A stretch of 64,000 bases of DNA from assembly GCF_006345805.1 (NCBI RefSeq), contig NC_043022.1:6138001-6202000 (forward strand), read 5' to 3'. The translations under genes and the position numbers were made by a program. Shown here piece by piece: positions 13,594 to 27,768 of this stretch (within the stretch, counting starts at the first letter, position 1; the number at the start of each line of letters is the position of its first letter). Below the pieces are notes generated by a model. The model did not search any database. It was not told where the DNA came from and was given only the letters and a program-made list of their open reading frames with translations. This DNA comes from Octopus sinensis (Eukaryota).

Positions 13594-13732
13594 TGTGACA
13601 AAACCTCAGCCCTCCGCTCTCCCCATGCTGTAGAAAACTTGTCCAAACCTCATAAACTTCCTTGTGACAAAACCTCAGCCCTCCGCTCTTCCCATGCTGT
13701 AGAAAACTTGTCCAAACCTCATAAACTTCCTT
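13594..13732. repeat. 69-bp tandem duplication
   Basis: tgtgacaaaacctcagcc...cataaacttcct occurs twice. Confidence 0.9.
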
Positions 13733-13867
13733 ATACCAATAAAGACAATCTCGCCCTCTCAATCGTTCTCACGTACCAACACAATAGATTATTTCCTCCT
13801 GCATCTACTGCAGTGTTGCAGTCAATGTTATTCTAAAACATGCGACACATGTCATCTGAACACTTAA

Positions 13868-14086
13868 CCCTTTAGTATTTAAACCGGCCATATCCGGCCA
13901 AAATAGTTAATCTGTTTTATGTTCAAACTGACCAGATCCAGGCTCTCACACCTACCCTACAATGTTATTCTACATTAGGTAATTACACCATCAAGATCTT
14001 GAAGATATGAGATAATGCATGATTAATTCAAATCAATGGGAATCAACAAGCATTATGTTTGATAGAATAATCTGAACACTAAAGGG
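13868..14086. mobile_element. piggyBac-type MITE (relatives at ~14610-15003)
   Basis: TTAA|ccctttagt...actaaaggg|TTAA. Confidence 0.82.
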
Positions 14087-16029
14087 TTAAAGGTTATTCA
14101 AAGTCAGATCCCTCTTTGATTCGTATTGTCCAGTTTTCTGTGTACACGTGTATCTCTTTTCCTTTAAAATTACACTTAACTTTCCATGTAAGCTTTGAAT
14201 CTTCTCTGTATTAACCCTTTCGATTACCAACCCGCCTAGGACTACCTCTTGCTCTGTGAAACGAACTCTCTTTAGCATTTCAACCAGGGCTGGCTAACCT
14301 GAAGCCTGGGATCACATGCGACCTGCAGATTTTTATCTTGTGGCCCACTTGATACTTTCTTGAAATGGGTTTATTTAAACAAACATTTAAAAAAATTTTA
14401 TCGAAAATTAAAGAAAAGTAAAAAAAGAAAGATTCTGTTTTTTGCAAAGATAATATTTCCTGTTGAATCAACGATCATTCATTCATTATCGTAATAATCC
14501 GCATGAGAAAGCAAAATGCTTTCAATTCTGTCAGTATACAGGCGGCCCCTTAAAAAATCCTCTGTGATTAAAGTGACCCATAATGTAATTTGAGCTGTCC
14601 AGGCCTGATTTAAACCAGCCATATCCGGCTTAAACATTCTACCTGTTCTATGTTCAAACTGGTCAGATCCAGCTTCTCACACTATTCTACAATCTCATCT
14701 TTAATATAAACAACCCCACCATTGAAATCTCAAAGCTATGAAATATTCCACGATTAATCAAAAACAATGAGAGTAATGTGATTGCTAAAGGGTTGAATCG
14801 ACCACATCCAGCCGTAATATTCTTCCTGTTTTATGTTCAAACTGGCCAGATCCTACTGCTCACACCTACTCTACAATGTCATTCTAAATATAAACAACCA
14901 CATGACTGAAATATCAAAGCTTTGAGATAATGCATGATTAATTCAAAGCAATGAATAGAAAAGCATTTTATCTGACAAATTTATCTGAATGCCAAAAGGG
15001 TTAAATGGATTTGGATTAACCACATGGCTAGCATAAATCTCAAAAAAGTCAGTTAATTCCTAACACAAAACAGAATATTTTGGGGCCTGGTATGACTGGT
15101 TTAACTTCTCAAGGGTTGAGGTTAGAACATCCTGGCATGTCTTTGTGGCGCAAAACACAGGTTCAGGTTTTCGTTTCCCAGAATCCTGCTGCATGTAAAA
15201 AAAAAAAAAAAAAGCACATTACAACATGATTTATTGTAAAATACGTAATTAATTGTTTGCATAATTAAACTTCATGGGGCAATGATCAAAGACGAAAGAA
15301 GGAACCAAACAAGGGATCACGAAAACTAAAACCTTAATTTCTTATTAGATTTCCGTTTACAGGGAAGAAACATGTTAAGAACACCCTAATAAGTTGTCTG
15401 CACATATCATGCATAACTAACCAGAACTAGCGTTAATGGGGCCAGGGGTCTGGGGATGAGGTTCTGAGGAAGTTTCTTCAGACTCGTTTAGTATCCAACT
15501 TTATAGAATCCAGCTGTATCTGTTTACGGCAGATATTTCAGTATCAAATCACCAAAGAAATTGTTAGAAAGCTTTACATTGAACCTTACAGGTTGCTAAA
15601 TTCTCTGCTTTCATTTGCTTTCTTATCAGGCCATGGGAAAAGGTCAGAAATACAAACAAACAGGAGAAAAAAAAAAAAAGAAAAAAGAAACCAAAATATC
15701 ATAGATACTGATGGTGGTATGGGTGGTGGGGAGGAATATATTATGTATTAAGGATACAAGTACATTAGTATATGTGTGTGTGTGTGTGTGTGTGTACATA
15801 TGTACGTATGTTGTTAAATGTGTTGTAGCAGTAGAAATAATCATCATCATCATCATTGTTTAACGTCTGCTTTCCATGCTGGTATGGGTTGGATGGTTTG
15901 ACTTAGGACTGGCAAGATAGGAGGCTGCACCAGGCTCCAATCTGATCTGGCAAGGTTTCTACAGCTGGATGCCCTTTCTAACGCCAACCACTCTGAGAGT
16001 ATAGTGGGTGCTTTTTATGCGCCACCAGC

Positions 16030-16395
16030 ACAGGAGCCAGTCAGGGGCCACTGGCATTGACCACACTCAAATGGTGCTTTTTACATGCCACTGGCACAGG
16101 AGCCAGACAGGCGGCACTGGCATTGACCACGTTCGAATGGTGCTTTTTACATGCCACTGGCACAGGAGCCAGACAGGCGGCACTGGCATTGACCACGCTC
16201 GAATGGTGCTTTTTACATGCCACTGGCACAGGAGCTAGACAGGCAGCACTGGCATTGACCACGCTCAAATGGTGCTTTTTATGTGCCACTGGTACAGGAG
16301 CCAGACAGGCGGCACTGGCATTGACCATGCTCGAATGGTGCTTTTTATGTGCCACTGACACAGGTGCCAGTCAGGTCGTAGTGGCATTGTCCACA
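16030..16395. repeat. 66-bp tandem repeat, ~5.5 copies, inside a SINE-like element
   Basis: ctggcattgaccac... recurs at 16051, 16117, 16183, 16249 and 16315. Confidence 0.92.
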
Positions 16396-16560
16396 AGTAT
16401 GAGAAGGAAAGGAGGATTGCACCTTGAACTACTTTGGAAGTCTATTGAAGGTCATCATTGGTTTAGTGTCCACTTTTCCTTGCTTGCATTGGTCAGATGG
16501 AATTGGCTGAAGTAGATGTATGTGGTTTCAGTAGACGGAAACTGAAAAATGCCCATTGCT

Positions 16561-16597
<37 letters not shown>

Positions 16598-17361
16598 GTA
16601 TTCTCTTGTCTCAGGATAACACACTGATTGTAATCAAGAATCACCATCAAACAAGCAGTGTTGTTGATTTGCAATCTTCCATGAAAACATGTCTGGTCAT
16701 TGTGTTGTTCATGTTCAAAGGACTGATGGAAGTATAACTACCTTGCTTGGAAAACAGACGGGGTTTGGTGACAGGAAGGGCATCCAGTCATGGAAAATCT
16801 GCCCCAAGGGAATTAATATTAACTCGTACAAGCATCAAAAATTGGACATGTAAACAATAATAATGTTTCCCCTTAACGAGGGAAGTTTCATTTATTTTTG
16901 AGTGATGTTGAAAGTGTTTTGTTAGTCTACTCCACATGTATAATTGCTTGTATTTTCTTAATTGCACTCATTAGATCACCTTCGTTACATCTTGTTTGCA
17001 CAACTTTCAATTAACGTTGCTAACTTGTGTGTTTTTTAGAGATTTAGCTGGGTTTCCTTCTAGTTTACTCACTCTCCATCCATGTCCCTCACCATTTAAG
17101 GTATCAATAACAATTCCAGATAACCGCGAAGGCAGTCAGACTGTGTTTTAGCCACCTACTGCATTGATTGCAGTTGCCAGCAAATAGCTAATTATGCTAA
17201 TCCCAAAGGCTCCATCTAACTGTTCCCCTCCCCACTCCTCACATCAGCTAATTAAGATACAGAATAAATTATGTTTATTACTCTTTACTCTTTACTTATT
17301 TTAGTCATTTGACTGCGGCCATGCTGGAGCAAAAAGTGTTTTTCATAAATTACAATCGTTT

Positions 17362-17527
17362 AGGCGCAGGAGTGGCTATGTGGTAAGTAGCTTGCTAACC
17401 AACCACATGGTTCCGGGTTCAGTCCCACTGCGTGGCATCTTGGGCAAGTGTCTTCTGCTATAGCCTCGGGCCGACCAATCCCTTGTGAGTGGATTTGGTA
17501 GACGGAAACTGAAAGAAGCCTGTCGTA

Positions 17528-17572
<45 letters not shown>

Positions 17573-17800
17573 ATATGTTTGTGTGTCTGTGTTTGTCCCC
17601 CTAGCATTGCTTGACAACCGATGCTGGTGTGTTTACGTCCCCGTCACTTAGCGGTTCGGCAAAAGAGACCGATAGAATAAGTACTGGGCTTACAAAGAAT
17701 AAGTCCCGGGGTCGATTTGCTCGACTAAAGGCGGTGCTCCAGCATGGCCGCAGTCAAATGACTGAAACAAGTAAAAGAGTAAAAGAGTAGAGTAAAGAGT
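17362..17800 (+). mobile_element. tRNA-derived SINE family A, full length (other copies 1-407+, 6330-6722-, 25602-26012+, 33202-33505-, 51182-51590-, 54422-54845-, 56765-57175-, plus older copies)
   Basis: A-box/B-box-like head (tggctgtgtggtaag...gggttcagtccc), central microsatellite, tail aaatgactgaaacaag(taaaagag)n. Confidence 0.9.
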
Positions 17801-18142
17801 TTGCGCTTTCTTCTTAAATATTTAAAATTTTTACGCATAAATATTTATTTACTGTAAAATCATAATATTTGAGGCTTTTCACTATTTTAATCTAATCCAA
17901 TTATTGCAATGTTCTGATGGAGTTTTCCCCACAGAGGGTTTTAATTATTGCTTCTTGATGCCTATAATGTCTTCAAATAAATTTAGTCCAAATTTATCAG
18001 TTTATTAGTGTTTACAGAATCACAATCATTATTTGCACAAGTTAGCAATGAGAAACAAGTCCATTGAGAGATGACCACTCGTGTTTCACACACACACACA
18101 CACACTTGCATGTATGTGTGTGTGAATGTGTGTGTATATATA

Positions 18143-18500
18143 TCATCATCATCATCATCATCGTTTAACGTCCGTTCTCCATGCTAGCATGGGTTGGACG
18201 GTTCGACCGGGGATCTGGGAAGCCAGAAGGCTGCACCAGGCTCCAGTCTAATCTGGCAATGTTTCTACAGCTGGATGCCCTTCCTAACGCCAACCACTCC
18301 GTGAGTGTAGTGGGTGCTTTTTACGTGCCACCTGCACAGGTGCCAGGCGAGGCTGGCAACAGCCACGGTCGGATTGGTGTATTTTACGTGCCACCTACAC
18401 GGAAGCCAGTCAAGGCGGCGCTGGCATCGGCCACGAGTCGGATAGTGCTATTTACGTACCACCAGACCAGGGATCCTGGCTGGTTCAATTCGATTTCGAT
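18143..18500 (-). mobile_element. SINE-like family C with (GAT)n tail (near-identical copy 36458-36822; others 1761-2230, 2410-2878, 15840-16400, 21070-21385)
   Basis: Shared gttggcgttaggaagggcatccagc...catgctagcatgga...gacgttaaacg(atg)n. The tail is the same type as that of the RTE fragment. Confidence 0.85.
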
Positions 18501-18765
18501 ATATATATATATAACTTTTAGCATTCATTAGATTGTGGCCATGCTGGGGCACAACCTTGTAAAACATTTAGTCCTTTGAATCAACCCCATTTACTTAGGT
18601 TTTATTTTTTAAGCTTTGTACTTATTTTATCAGTTTCGTTTGCCAAAATGCTAAGTTACAGTACATAAACACACCAGCACTAAGATGCCACACAGTGGAA
18701 CTGAACCAGGAATTATGTGGTTGGGAGGCAAATTTCTTACCACACAGCCACACCTGCTCCTGTTA

Positions 18766-18808
<43 letters not shown>

Positions 18809-20029
18809 GTTGACCAAAAAGAAAAATATAGGAAGTCCAAGACAGCTTTCGGAAACCTGGGCTGCTATTGGTCAAGGCAGGTCACTAAATGTGTTGAGTG
18901 CTTCTTTCTTTCATTTGTCCACTCACCTGTTTGTGTATATATGTGTATATATATAATGGACTCTCCCATCGTTAGATGACATGAGGGTTTGGCAATTTCT
19001 TGCCGAGCAACCACACAGATGATTTGTTTATAGTGATCACGTGTCAGTATGTACACGTAAGCTCACTCCCTCCATCAGATTGATATTACCTGTACAGGTG
19101 CAACAGGGTGCCACATGTCAGATGATGAAATGATTGCAGAGCAATGTGAAATGAAGTGCTTTGCTCAAGAGAACAACATAATGCCCAGTCTGGGAATCGA
19201 ACCCACGATCTCACAATCATGAGTGCAACACCTTAATCACTGAGCCGTGTGCTTTCACTGTACATGTGTGTGTGTGTGTGTGTTCCTACTTGCACATATG
19301 TGTGTGTGTAAATATATGTGTGTGTGTGTATATATGTATGTATATAGTCCACTTGCCTTTGTGTATGTAATATATATATATATACACACACATATGTACA
19401 TGTTACTTAAATCACATTCTATCTACTAGTCTTGTTTAACCACAAGTCAATCCTGACTGAGCAGGCTTGTGAGTAAAGGTATTCCATCCATGACCATCAC
19501 ATCATATTGTTTCATACACAGTGTAACAGAATTATATTCATCTAATGTATTTGTCCATCCTCCTTTCTTTTTATATATATATATATAAGTGTGTGGTTCA
19601 AAGGAAATTTGGCTGCTATCTCTAGCTGGTTGAGCAGCCAAGTAGGGGCTTCTTCATAAGCTTTCATCTCCTTTCCTGTAGAGAAAGGATGTAATGACTC
19701 GTTATATTGCTCAGGATATTTGCATAACCTTATACTTTCCTGGTTCTCCGTTTGCTTCAGTGTCAGTCGAAAGGTCAAATCGATTCACAACGATTTCTAA
19801 TTATCAAGTTGCAGCAATTGTGGCCTGGCTGTGTGGGTAAGGAGTTTGGTTTGGTCTGCGACCACGTGGATACAGGTTCCGTCTCTTTGTGTGGCACCAC
19901 GAGCAAGTGTCTTTCTTCTACCATTCGCCACCTTGACTTGGTGAATGCTTTGAGTGGAATCTGCTTGTGCAAAACTACGTGGAGAACATTTTTCACATAC
20001 ATAAAAACATATACATACATATCCTCATG

Positions 20030-20247
20030 TATCTATCTATCCATATATATATACATACATATATATATATATATATTTATATGCATATATGTATATATTT
20101 ATATGCATATATGTATATATTTATATGCATATATGTATATATTTATATGCATATATATTTATATATACAACACATATATATATATATTTATATATGCATA
20201 TATTATTTATATATATATATTTATATATGCATATATATATATACATG

Positions 20248-20295
<48 letters not shown>

Positions 20296-20531
20296 ATTAT
20301 ATATGTATGTATTTATATATGTATGTATTATATATGTATGTATTTATATATATATATATTTATATATATATGTATGTATTTATATATATATATTTATATA
20401 TATATGTATGTATTTATATATATATATTTATATATATATGTATGTATTTATATATATATGTATGTATTTATATATATATATATTTATATATATGTGTATA
20501 TATATATATAATATTTATATATATATTTATG

Positions 20532-20563
<32 letters not shown>

Positions 20564-20851
20564 ATATATATATGTAATATATATATATTTATATATATAT
20601 TTATATATTATTATATATATATATATATAATATATATATATATATATAATATATATATATATATGTATGTATTTATATATGTATGTATTTATATATATGT
20701 ATATAATATATATATATATATTATATATATATTTATTATATATGTATGTATTTATATATATATATATATATATGTATGTATTTATAATATATATTTATTA
20801 TATATGTATGTATTTATATATATGTATGTATTTATATATATATATTTATAT

Positions 20852-20892
<41 letters not shown>

Positions 20893-20985
20893 ATATATAT
20901 ATTATATATTATATATATATTATATATATATATGTAATATATATATATATTATATATATATTTATATATATATGTATATATATAT

Positions 20986-21018
<33 letters not shown>

Positions 21019-21070
21019 GTATATATATTTATACATATATATACATATATGTATATATATATGTGTATGT
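20030..21070. repeat. ~1-kb compound (TA)n-rich microsatellite
   Basis: Read directly from the sequence. Confidence 0.97.
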
Positions 21071-22597
21071 CATCATCATCATCATCGTCGTTTAACATCT
21101 GCTTTCCTTGCTAGCATGGGTTGGACAGTTTGACTGTGGGCTGGCAAACCAGATGGCTGCACCAAGCTCCAGTCTTGATCTGGCAGAGTTTCTACAGCTG
21201 AATGCCCTTCCTAACGCTAACCACTCCGAGAATGTAGTGGGTGCTTTTACGTGTCACCAGCACGGGGCTCAGTCAGGCGGTACTGGCAACGACCTCGCTT
21301 GAATTTTTTGGGCCAGTCAGGCAGTACTGGCAATAACCTCATTCGAAGTTTTTTTACACATGCCAACAGCACAGGTGCCAGTAAGACTTCAGGTTGAACC
21401 ATGGCCAATTAGCTTTACAGTGGGATTGAACTCCAAGACCTTCTACTTACAAAACAAACTTCTTAAGCATGCAGTCACATTGCCACGGCAACCGAACATT
21501 GCTTCCCATGAACTGTGAATGGTATAAAAATTGAACCGAAAATGACAAAACCTCAAGGCTAAGATAACGACCACCCGGTTGAAGATTTTAAAATTCTTAT
21601 CACAGTGTCATGGCTTTATCACATCATTTTAAACATTTAGGTTATCAGAATCCTCTCCCCGCCCAAAGATAGCAGTAGTAATTGCTGGTAGTGGAGGTGC
21701 ATGGCTTAGTGGTTAGGGGTGTTGGACTCATGATTGTAAGATTGTGGTTTCGATTCCTGGACTGGGTAACACATTGTGTTCTTGAGCAAAACACTTCATT
21801 TCACATTGCTCCAGTCCACACAACTGACAAAAAGACTAGGTTAATTGGGTAATGGGTGGCTGTAAAAAGGAATCCAGGTGAGCTGATATGGAAATAGGAA
21901 TGCAGATAAACACAATTGTTTTGGGGGTGTATAAACCTATGTATGTATATGTATGTATATATGTATGTATATATGTATATATATATGTATATATATATAT
22001 ATGTATATATGTATATATTAGATAGATAGATACATAAATAAAAAGATAGATAAACAGACAGACAGACAGCTGAATAGATGGATGGACAGATAGATAGATA
22101 CATAGACAAATATATTTACATTGACCATTATATATTTATATTTACTGGTTGGGGTAGGGCTAGTGCCCATAGCCTTTGCAGTCTCTCTGAGACCAGTGAG
22201 AGATTGATGCTGTTTAAACTATTGCTGGTCAACATCTGCAGGAAGGACATCATCAAGAAAAAGATTCCTGAGGGATAAAGCTCTGAGGAGGAAGGAATGG
22301 TTAGTGTTTGGGCAGAGGGAATTGGACACACCAGGAGTGTATATTCGTGTATGTGTGTCTCTGTATTTGCCTGTATCTGTATATATTGGTCTAAATATGT
22401 CATGTTCTCTTTCTCTCTCTCTCTCTCTCTCATGTTGAAATGTAAATTAGATGGTTAATAAATACTGGTGAAGCACTCAAAGACAGTGCTTCAGCATGGG
22501 CACAGCCTACCCATCAAAAACTAGATTTAAAAAAAAAGTATAAAAGTACCTTTGTTTCCCTTTCTTTGTTTTAAACTATTTTTGTTGTTTGTTTCAG

Positions 22598-22691
22598 GAA
22601 ACACACCATGGATGGTCAATTATACTGTGAACCGCACTTTCCTCATGACTCGGTCAGTTCACCATCCGCTCTCACAAATGATAAGGACAAG
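22598..22691 (+). CDS. Internal coding exon: C-terminal end of a LIM zinc finger plus linker (KHTMDGQLYCEPHFPHDSVSSPSALTNDKDK)
   Basis: Polypyrimidine acceptor tttgttgtttgtttcag and donor aag|gtaatt. 94 nt = 1 nt + 31 codons with no stop. DGQLYCEPHF matches the LIM terminal motif (D/E)GxxYCxxH(F/Y). Ends in phase 0, compatible with the 38198 exon. No upstream LIM exon was found in the window. Confidence 0.8.
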
Positions 22692-22827
22692 GTAATTATC
22701 ACTCTCCTCATTTTCAATAATTTTTTTTTCATTTATTCAATAATTAACATGTCGATTTTGTAATATTGACATCATCTTATCTAACCTATTATCTTATCAA
22801 AAATAATATAACAACCATATATATATA

Positions 22828-23084
22828 TATATATTAGAAAAATTGAGGTAATCAGATCAGATGGTTCATATTTGTAGATATTTATTTATATATTACATTT
22901 TTTACATATATATCATATCATATCATTCGGATTTCGGATTAGCGCTTGCTCCCATTCTAGTGGGCTTTTCAAAAGCCCAATCCGAATGATATGATATGAT
23001 ATATATGTAAAAAATGTAATATATAAATAAATATCTACAAATATGAACCATCTGATCTGATTACCTCAATTTTTCTAATATATA
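22828..23084. repeat. Perfect inverted repeat, 106-bp arms (22828-22933 / 22979-23084), 45-nt spacer
   Basis: The arms read as exact reverse complements. The spacer contains a second small palindrome, gggcttttcaaaagccc. Confidence 0.95.
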
Positions 23085-23113
23085 ATACCTGTACATCATC
23101 TCCAAACCTTCCG

Positions 23114-23181
<68 letters not shown>

Positions 23182-23334
23182 TATATATTATATATAGAGG
23201 GCATTATACATACATGCCAGAAGGCATTATACATACATGCCAACACGCTAAGAGGGACAATTAGTCATTTCTACCAAAAATATTACTAATCCCACCGAAT
23301 GCAATTTTTCAAAGTAAGACATTTAAAAAAATAT

Positions 23335-23382
23335 AGACCTGTATCACAGTGATTTCATACTTACGTACTCATCAGCAGGCCT
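23335..23382 (-). ncRNA. Minimal type I hammerhead ribozyme motif
   Basis: Minus strand reads aggcctg-CTGATGA-g.tac.gtaa.gta.t-GAAA-tcac.t.gtga-TA-caggtct. Stem I is 7 bp with one GU, stem II has a GUAA loop, and stem III is near-palindromic. Confidence 0.8.
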
Positions 23383-23630
23383 GAATGTATTATAAATAAA
23401 CAACGACCCTGCCTCGCTTAAGCCGATCAGCTAACTGATCAACATCAACGAAGCACATGGGTGGGTTTACATATATTACATCCGGATAAATGGCAAACTT
23501 TTACGAATTGCATTTCGGGAGAGGAAAAGTTTTTTCGGAATAAAAATTTAGCAATTAAGGACAACTACTTAATAAGGAAAACTTAACAAGAAATTGTCAG
23601 GTAGATAGCATGAAAACCTCATAAGAGAAA

Positions 23631-23683
<53 letters not shown>

Positions 23684-24413
23684 ATATAGGTATATATAGG
23701 TTAGCTGAGTTAGAGGTTAAAATAACCATCTAAGGGATAGAAGTATCCATTATATTATGGGTATATCACCTATGCTTAATCATGAGCATATATACGCAAG
23801 CATATTAAGCTCATAAATTTATAGGTAAAGACAAAGACAAACACAAGTTTAAGACAAAGATAAACACAAGAAAACAGAAAATGGAGAAATATTGATGAAC
23901 AACAATTGACTTCCATCAATTATTACACCACCCCCACCACCACCTTAGCGAAGACAGGAGTATTGTTTTCAGTTGTGTTTGTTTGTTTGTCCGTGGACAA
24001 GATATCTCAAGAACCACTGGATGGATTCGGATGAAACTTCCAGGGATGTTTGGCCTCGTTATTGGCACACACTGATTAGATTTTGGGATCAATCCGGTAC
24101 CAGACAGGATTCTGCATTATTATTTATATTTTTTTTTACTTTACATGCACATGTAAAGTTTCACATTGTTCTCTTGTACACACACACACATACACACACA
24201 CATATACATTTTCAGTGTTGAACATTACCATTCCATTGTACACACACACACAAACATACCTCTCTTTCACACACACATACACTCACACTTCAAACACCAT
24301 TAATTGGCTTCTCCACCCCTTCATTATTCATCTATCACCCCTTCCTTTCTCATTCATAAGATGCTCTCTTTGCCATTTATCTCCTCTGCCTTCACCTCTC
24401 ACTCCGGCTCTAT

Positions 24414-24460
<47 letters not shown>

Positions 24461-24791
24461 AGACAACACTCATTGTTATATTAGGAGATTATACATACAT
24501 TTTAGCACTTTACAGTATACTTATATATATATATAATATATATATATATACACACACATAATTCTATACATTGATCTAAAACAACAGGATTATTAGAGGA
24601 AGACCGGAATTTAAGAGAAGAGAAAACCAAGAGGTCTCATGATGTTCATTGAAAGATCTTATTTCAGATATTCGCATTTTAAAAATCATCTCCGGTTAAT
24701 CGTTGACAGGATATTGATGTTGCGTTGGCGGAGGTTTGCACTCTCTCAGTGCTCTTGTTATTTATTAGTTCAATAGAAATAGACTGCATCC

Positions 24792-25230
24792 GGATCTTTT
24801 CGGTTTGAATGACAGTTTTTTCTAGTGGTGTCATATGAAATTATCACCCATAATTATGACCCTAGAATCGATCTATTGCATTTCAATCTGTTTTAGGGTT
24901 AGTTAGGGTTGGGTTAGGGTTAGGGGTGGGGGAAAGGGTATCTTTTTTTCTTTACAAATGTAAATAAACCCAATTTGTTTCTTAAATGAGGGACATATTC
25001 ATACGGCACAGAATGTTTTTTTTTTTACCTCAATAGACGTTATTGGTTGGTTGAAATTGCAGAAATTGAAGAAAAAACAACAACAAATATCTTACAAACC
25101 ATAGAATTTTCTCTATAAAGCCAAGAGAAAAAAGATATTTTATAAACACATTCTACCAGTATACGAAGTTTAACATTTTTTAGTTACCTAGAAATTATGT
25201 TAAAAACTGCCATTCAAACCGAAAAGATCC
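24792..25230. mobile_element. Non-autonomous DNA transposon (Merlin-like) with internal telomere-like repeats
   Basis: ~29-bp TIR ggatcttttcggtttgaatg(a/g)cagttttt, perfect 8-bp TSD ctgcatcc (24784-24791, 25231-25238), GG...CC termini, and a TTAGGG-like tract at 24893-24925. Confidence 0.85.
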
Positions 25231-25763
25231 CTGCATCCCATCATATCTATATGTATATGATATTTACCAGGGAACTACGATGGAAAAACATGAGGAAGAT
25301 ATGGTATATAATATGTTTTGTGCAGGGGTTCCTTGAGACATGTAATTTATTTTAAGGGTTACACAAGGATAAAAAGGTTGAAGAACACTGGATTAGAGTG
25401 TGATAGAGACAGAAACAGATGTCTTGATGTAGAGGAGGGACATGGTTTACCATTCAGAGAGAGAGAGAGGGAGGGAGAGAAAGTTAACAAGAAAGGGGGC
25501 AGGAACAGGTGTGTTATGCACTCCCCACTCCTGCTCCTTCCTAGAATTCTTATGGACACATATTTATTTTTTTTTCTCTGAATTTTCTTTAGAAGTAAAA
25601 CAGGCGCAGGAGTGGCTGTGTGGTAAGTAGCTTGCTAACCAACCACATGGTTGCGGGTTCAGTCCCACTGCGTGGCATCTTGGGCAAGTGTCTTCTGCTA
25701 TAGCCCCGGGCCGACCAATGCCTTGTGAGTAGATTTGGTAGACGGAAACTGAAAGAAGCCTGT

Positions 25764-25800
<37 letters not shown>

Positions 25801-26045
25801 TTGTGTGTCTGTGTATGTTCCCCGAGCATTGCTTGACAACCGATGCTGGTGTGTTTACGGTCCCCGTCACTTAGCGGTTCGGCAAAAAGAGACCGATAGA
25901 ATAAGTACTGGGCTTACAAAAAGAATAAGTCCCGGAGTCGATTTGCTCGACTAAAGGCGGTGCTCCAGCATGGCCGCAGTCAAATAACTGAAACAAGTAA
26001 AAGAGAAAGAGAATATTTTTTTTATACAGTTCCTAATAATATTTA

Positions 26046-26210
26046 CCGTATTTTAATGTGAATAAGGAACCCCCTAACTTTTGGGGCTTAAAATTTGGAA
26101 AAAAAAGGTTTTGCAAGGGATTATAAAACTATCCATGTATGAGAAACTCCCATATTTTTTTTAACCTAATTTTTGACAAAAAAGGGTACCTTATACACAT
26201 TACAATACAG
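26046..26210. mobile_element. Tc1/mariner-type MITE
   Basis: TA|ccgtattttaatgtgaataagg...ccttatacacattacaatacag|TA, with imperfect TIRs. Confidence 0.6.
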
Positions 26211-26842
26211 TAATTATAAAAAATATAATAGGATTCTTCAAAACTTCAAATCGCTATGAGGGTCCATCTGAGTAAACTAAGAATCAAAGAGGGGTCCTTA
26301 GGCAAGAAAATGGTTGAGAAACGCTGGTGTAAACGTTTGTTGATAAAGAAAAATATCCCAAATAATTTCCAGAGTATTTCTTCTCTGTTCTGAACGGGAT
26401 TTTATTTAAATGTTGTGGTTCTTTTTATCTTGTTTTGGCCCTTCCAATTTACTTGTGTTGTTTTGTGCCCTCCTCTCTTCCCTATTTTCCTCTTGTTTGC
26501 TTCTAGTTGTGATAATTTCCCCCAAATTACCCATTTAACTCATTGGGGGTGGGGGGTGGACAGGGGGGGTCGGCGGGGTGGAGGAAATGTTTCTAGGTTT
26601 TGTTTGAGAACATGACATTCTTCTTTGGAAATATCAGGCACCCTTTTTTCATGTGTGTATGCGCGTGCATGATTGTGTGTGTGCACATATAGCTGCTTTA
26701 TGTGAAGGTATGTGTGTGTGTATATGTCTGTCTATGTGTGTGTATGTACTTGTATGTATGTATCTGCATATGTGCGTGTATATATATATATATATATGTT
26801 GGTGGTTGTGTATGTTTGTATGTGCATGTATATATATATATA

Positions 26843-26896
<54 letters not shown>

Positions 26897-27654
26897 GTAA
26901 AGATTCGTATGCCAGTGTCGCCTTTTTTCGCATTGTAAATGTTTCTATTTTCAAGTGTCTTTCAACCTACATCCAGATATTCCAACCATGCCCATCATGT
27001 GAAATAGAAAAAGTCAAATGACCTGGGACCCTGAAAACCTTCGATGTCAATGGCAAAAGGTTTCCCACACTGACCCCTTCTCTGCTCCCTCCCCAACTCC
27101 TCTCTGCCCCAGCTCCACCTTCTCAGCCTGGTTTTTTTTTTTTTTTTGGCCAGGTCAAGAACCAAGAGTGTGAGAATTCAACAATTCGGCTTGAAGCATC
27201 CTCACTTTATTATTAAAACGAACAACCCCCCCCACCCCCACCCCTCTCCACCGAAATGAAATGTAAGACTACTTAAGGAATTGTATTTATTGTCTGTACT
27301 GAGAGCAGTGCCACTGCTGTAGTGGGGTCGGCTGTCTCATGGCCAAACTGTCAACTCACTGTTGTCTTGTGTTAAAAAAAAAAAAAAAAAAGCAAAAGCA
27401 AAAAGAACCCCATCCGCCCCCCCCCCCCCGGCTTCTAATGAAAGAGGGGGATGTAAGCACTTGTGTGTTTGGTGTTCAGTGTTGTCTCACTTGTGAAGTA
27501 GAAGATGAAGTCATTCGAAGAAGCTGTGTGAACAGAGACACAACTGAGGCAGTTATTGTTGTTGTTATTGTGGTAGTAGAATTAGTAGTAGTAGTAGTAG
27601 TATAGTATGTGATATGGTCACCACCCAATAAGCTGGACTGTCTGTCAGATATAC

Positions 27655-27687
<33 letters not shown>

Positions 27688-27768
27688 CAATTGCAGCGTG
27701 GAAGGTGTTTATAAGCCATTTAAGAAACACACAAAAGCCGTTCGATACACTTCAACATTTAAGTTTAA

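Noticed and set aside
16008-16515. Repetitive ORFs with 22-aa units
   Set aside because: They come from the 66-bp tandem repeat inside a family C SINE-like element.
19752-21095. Long ORFs of 140-308 aa (YIYI...)
   Set aside because: They are translations of (TA)n microsatellite, which lacks stop codons by composition. The same applies to 45669-46577 and 28427-29278.
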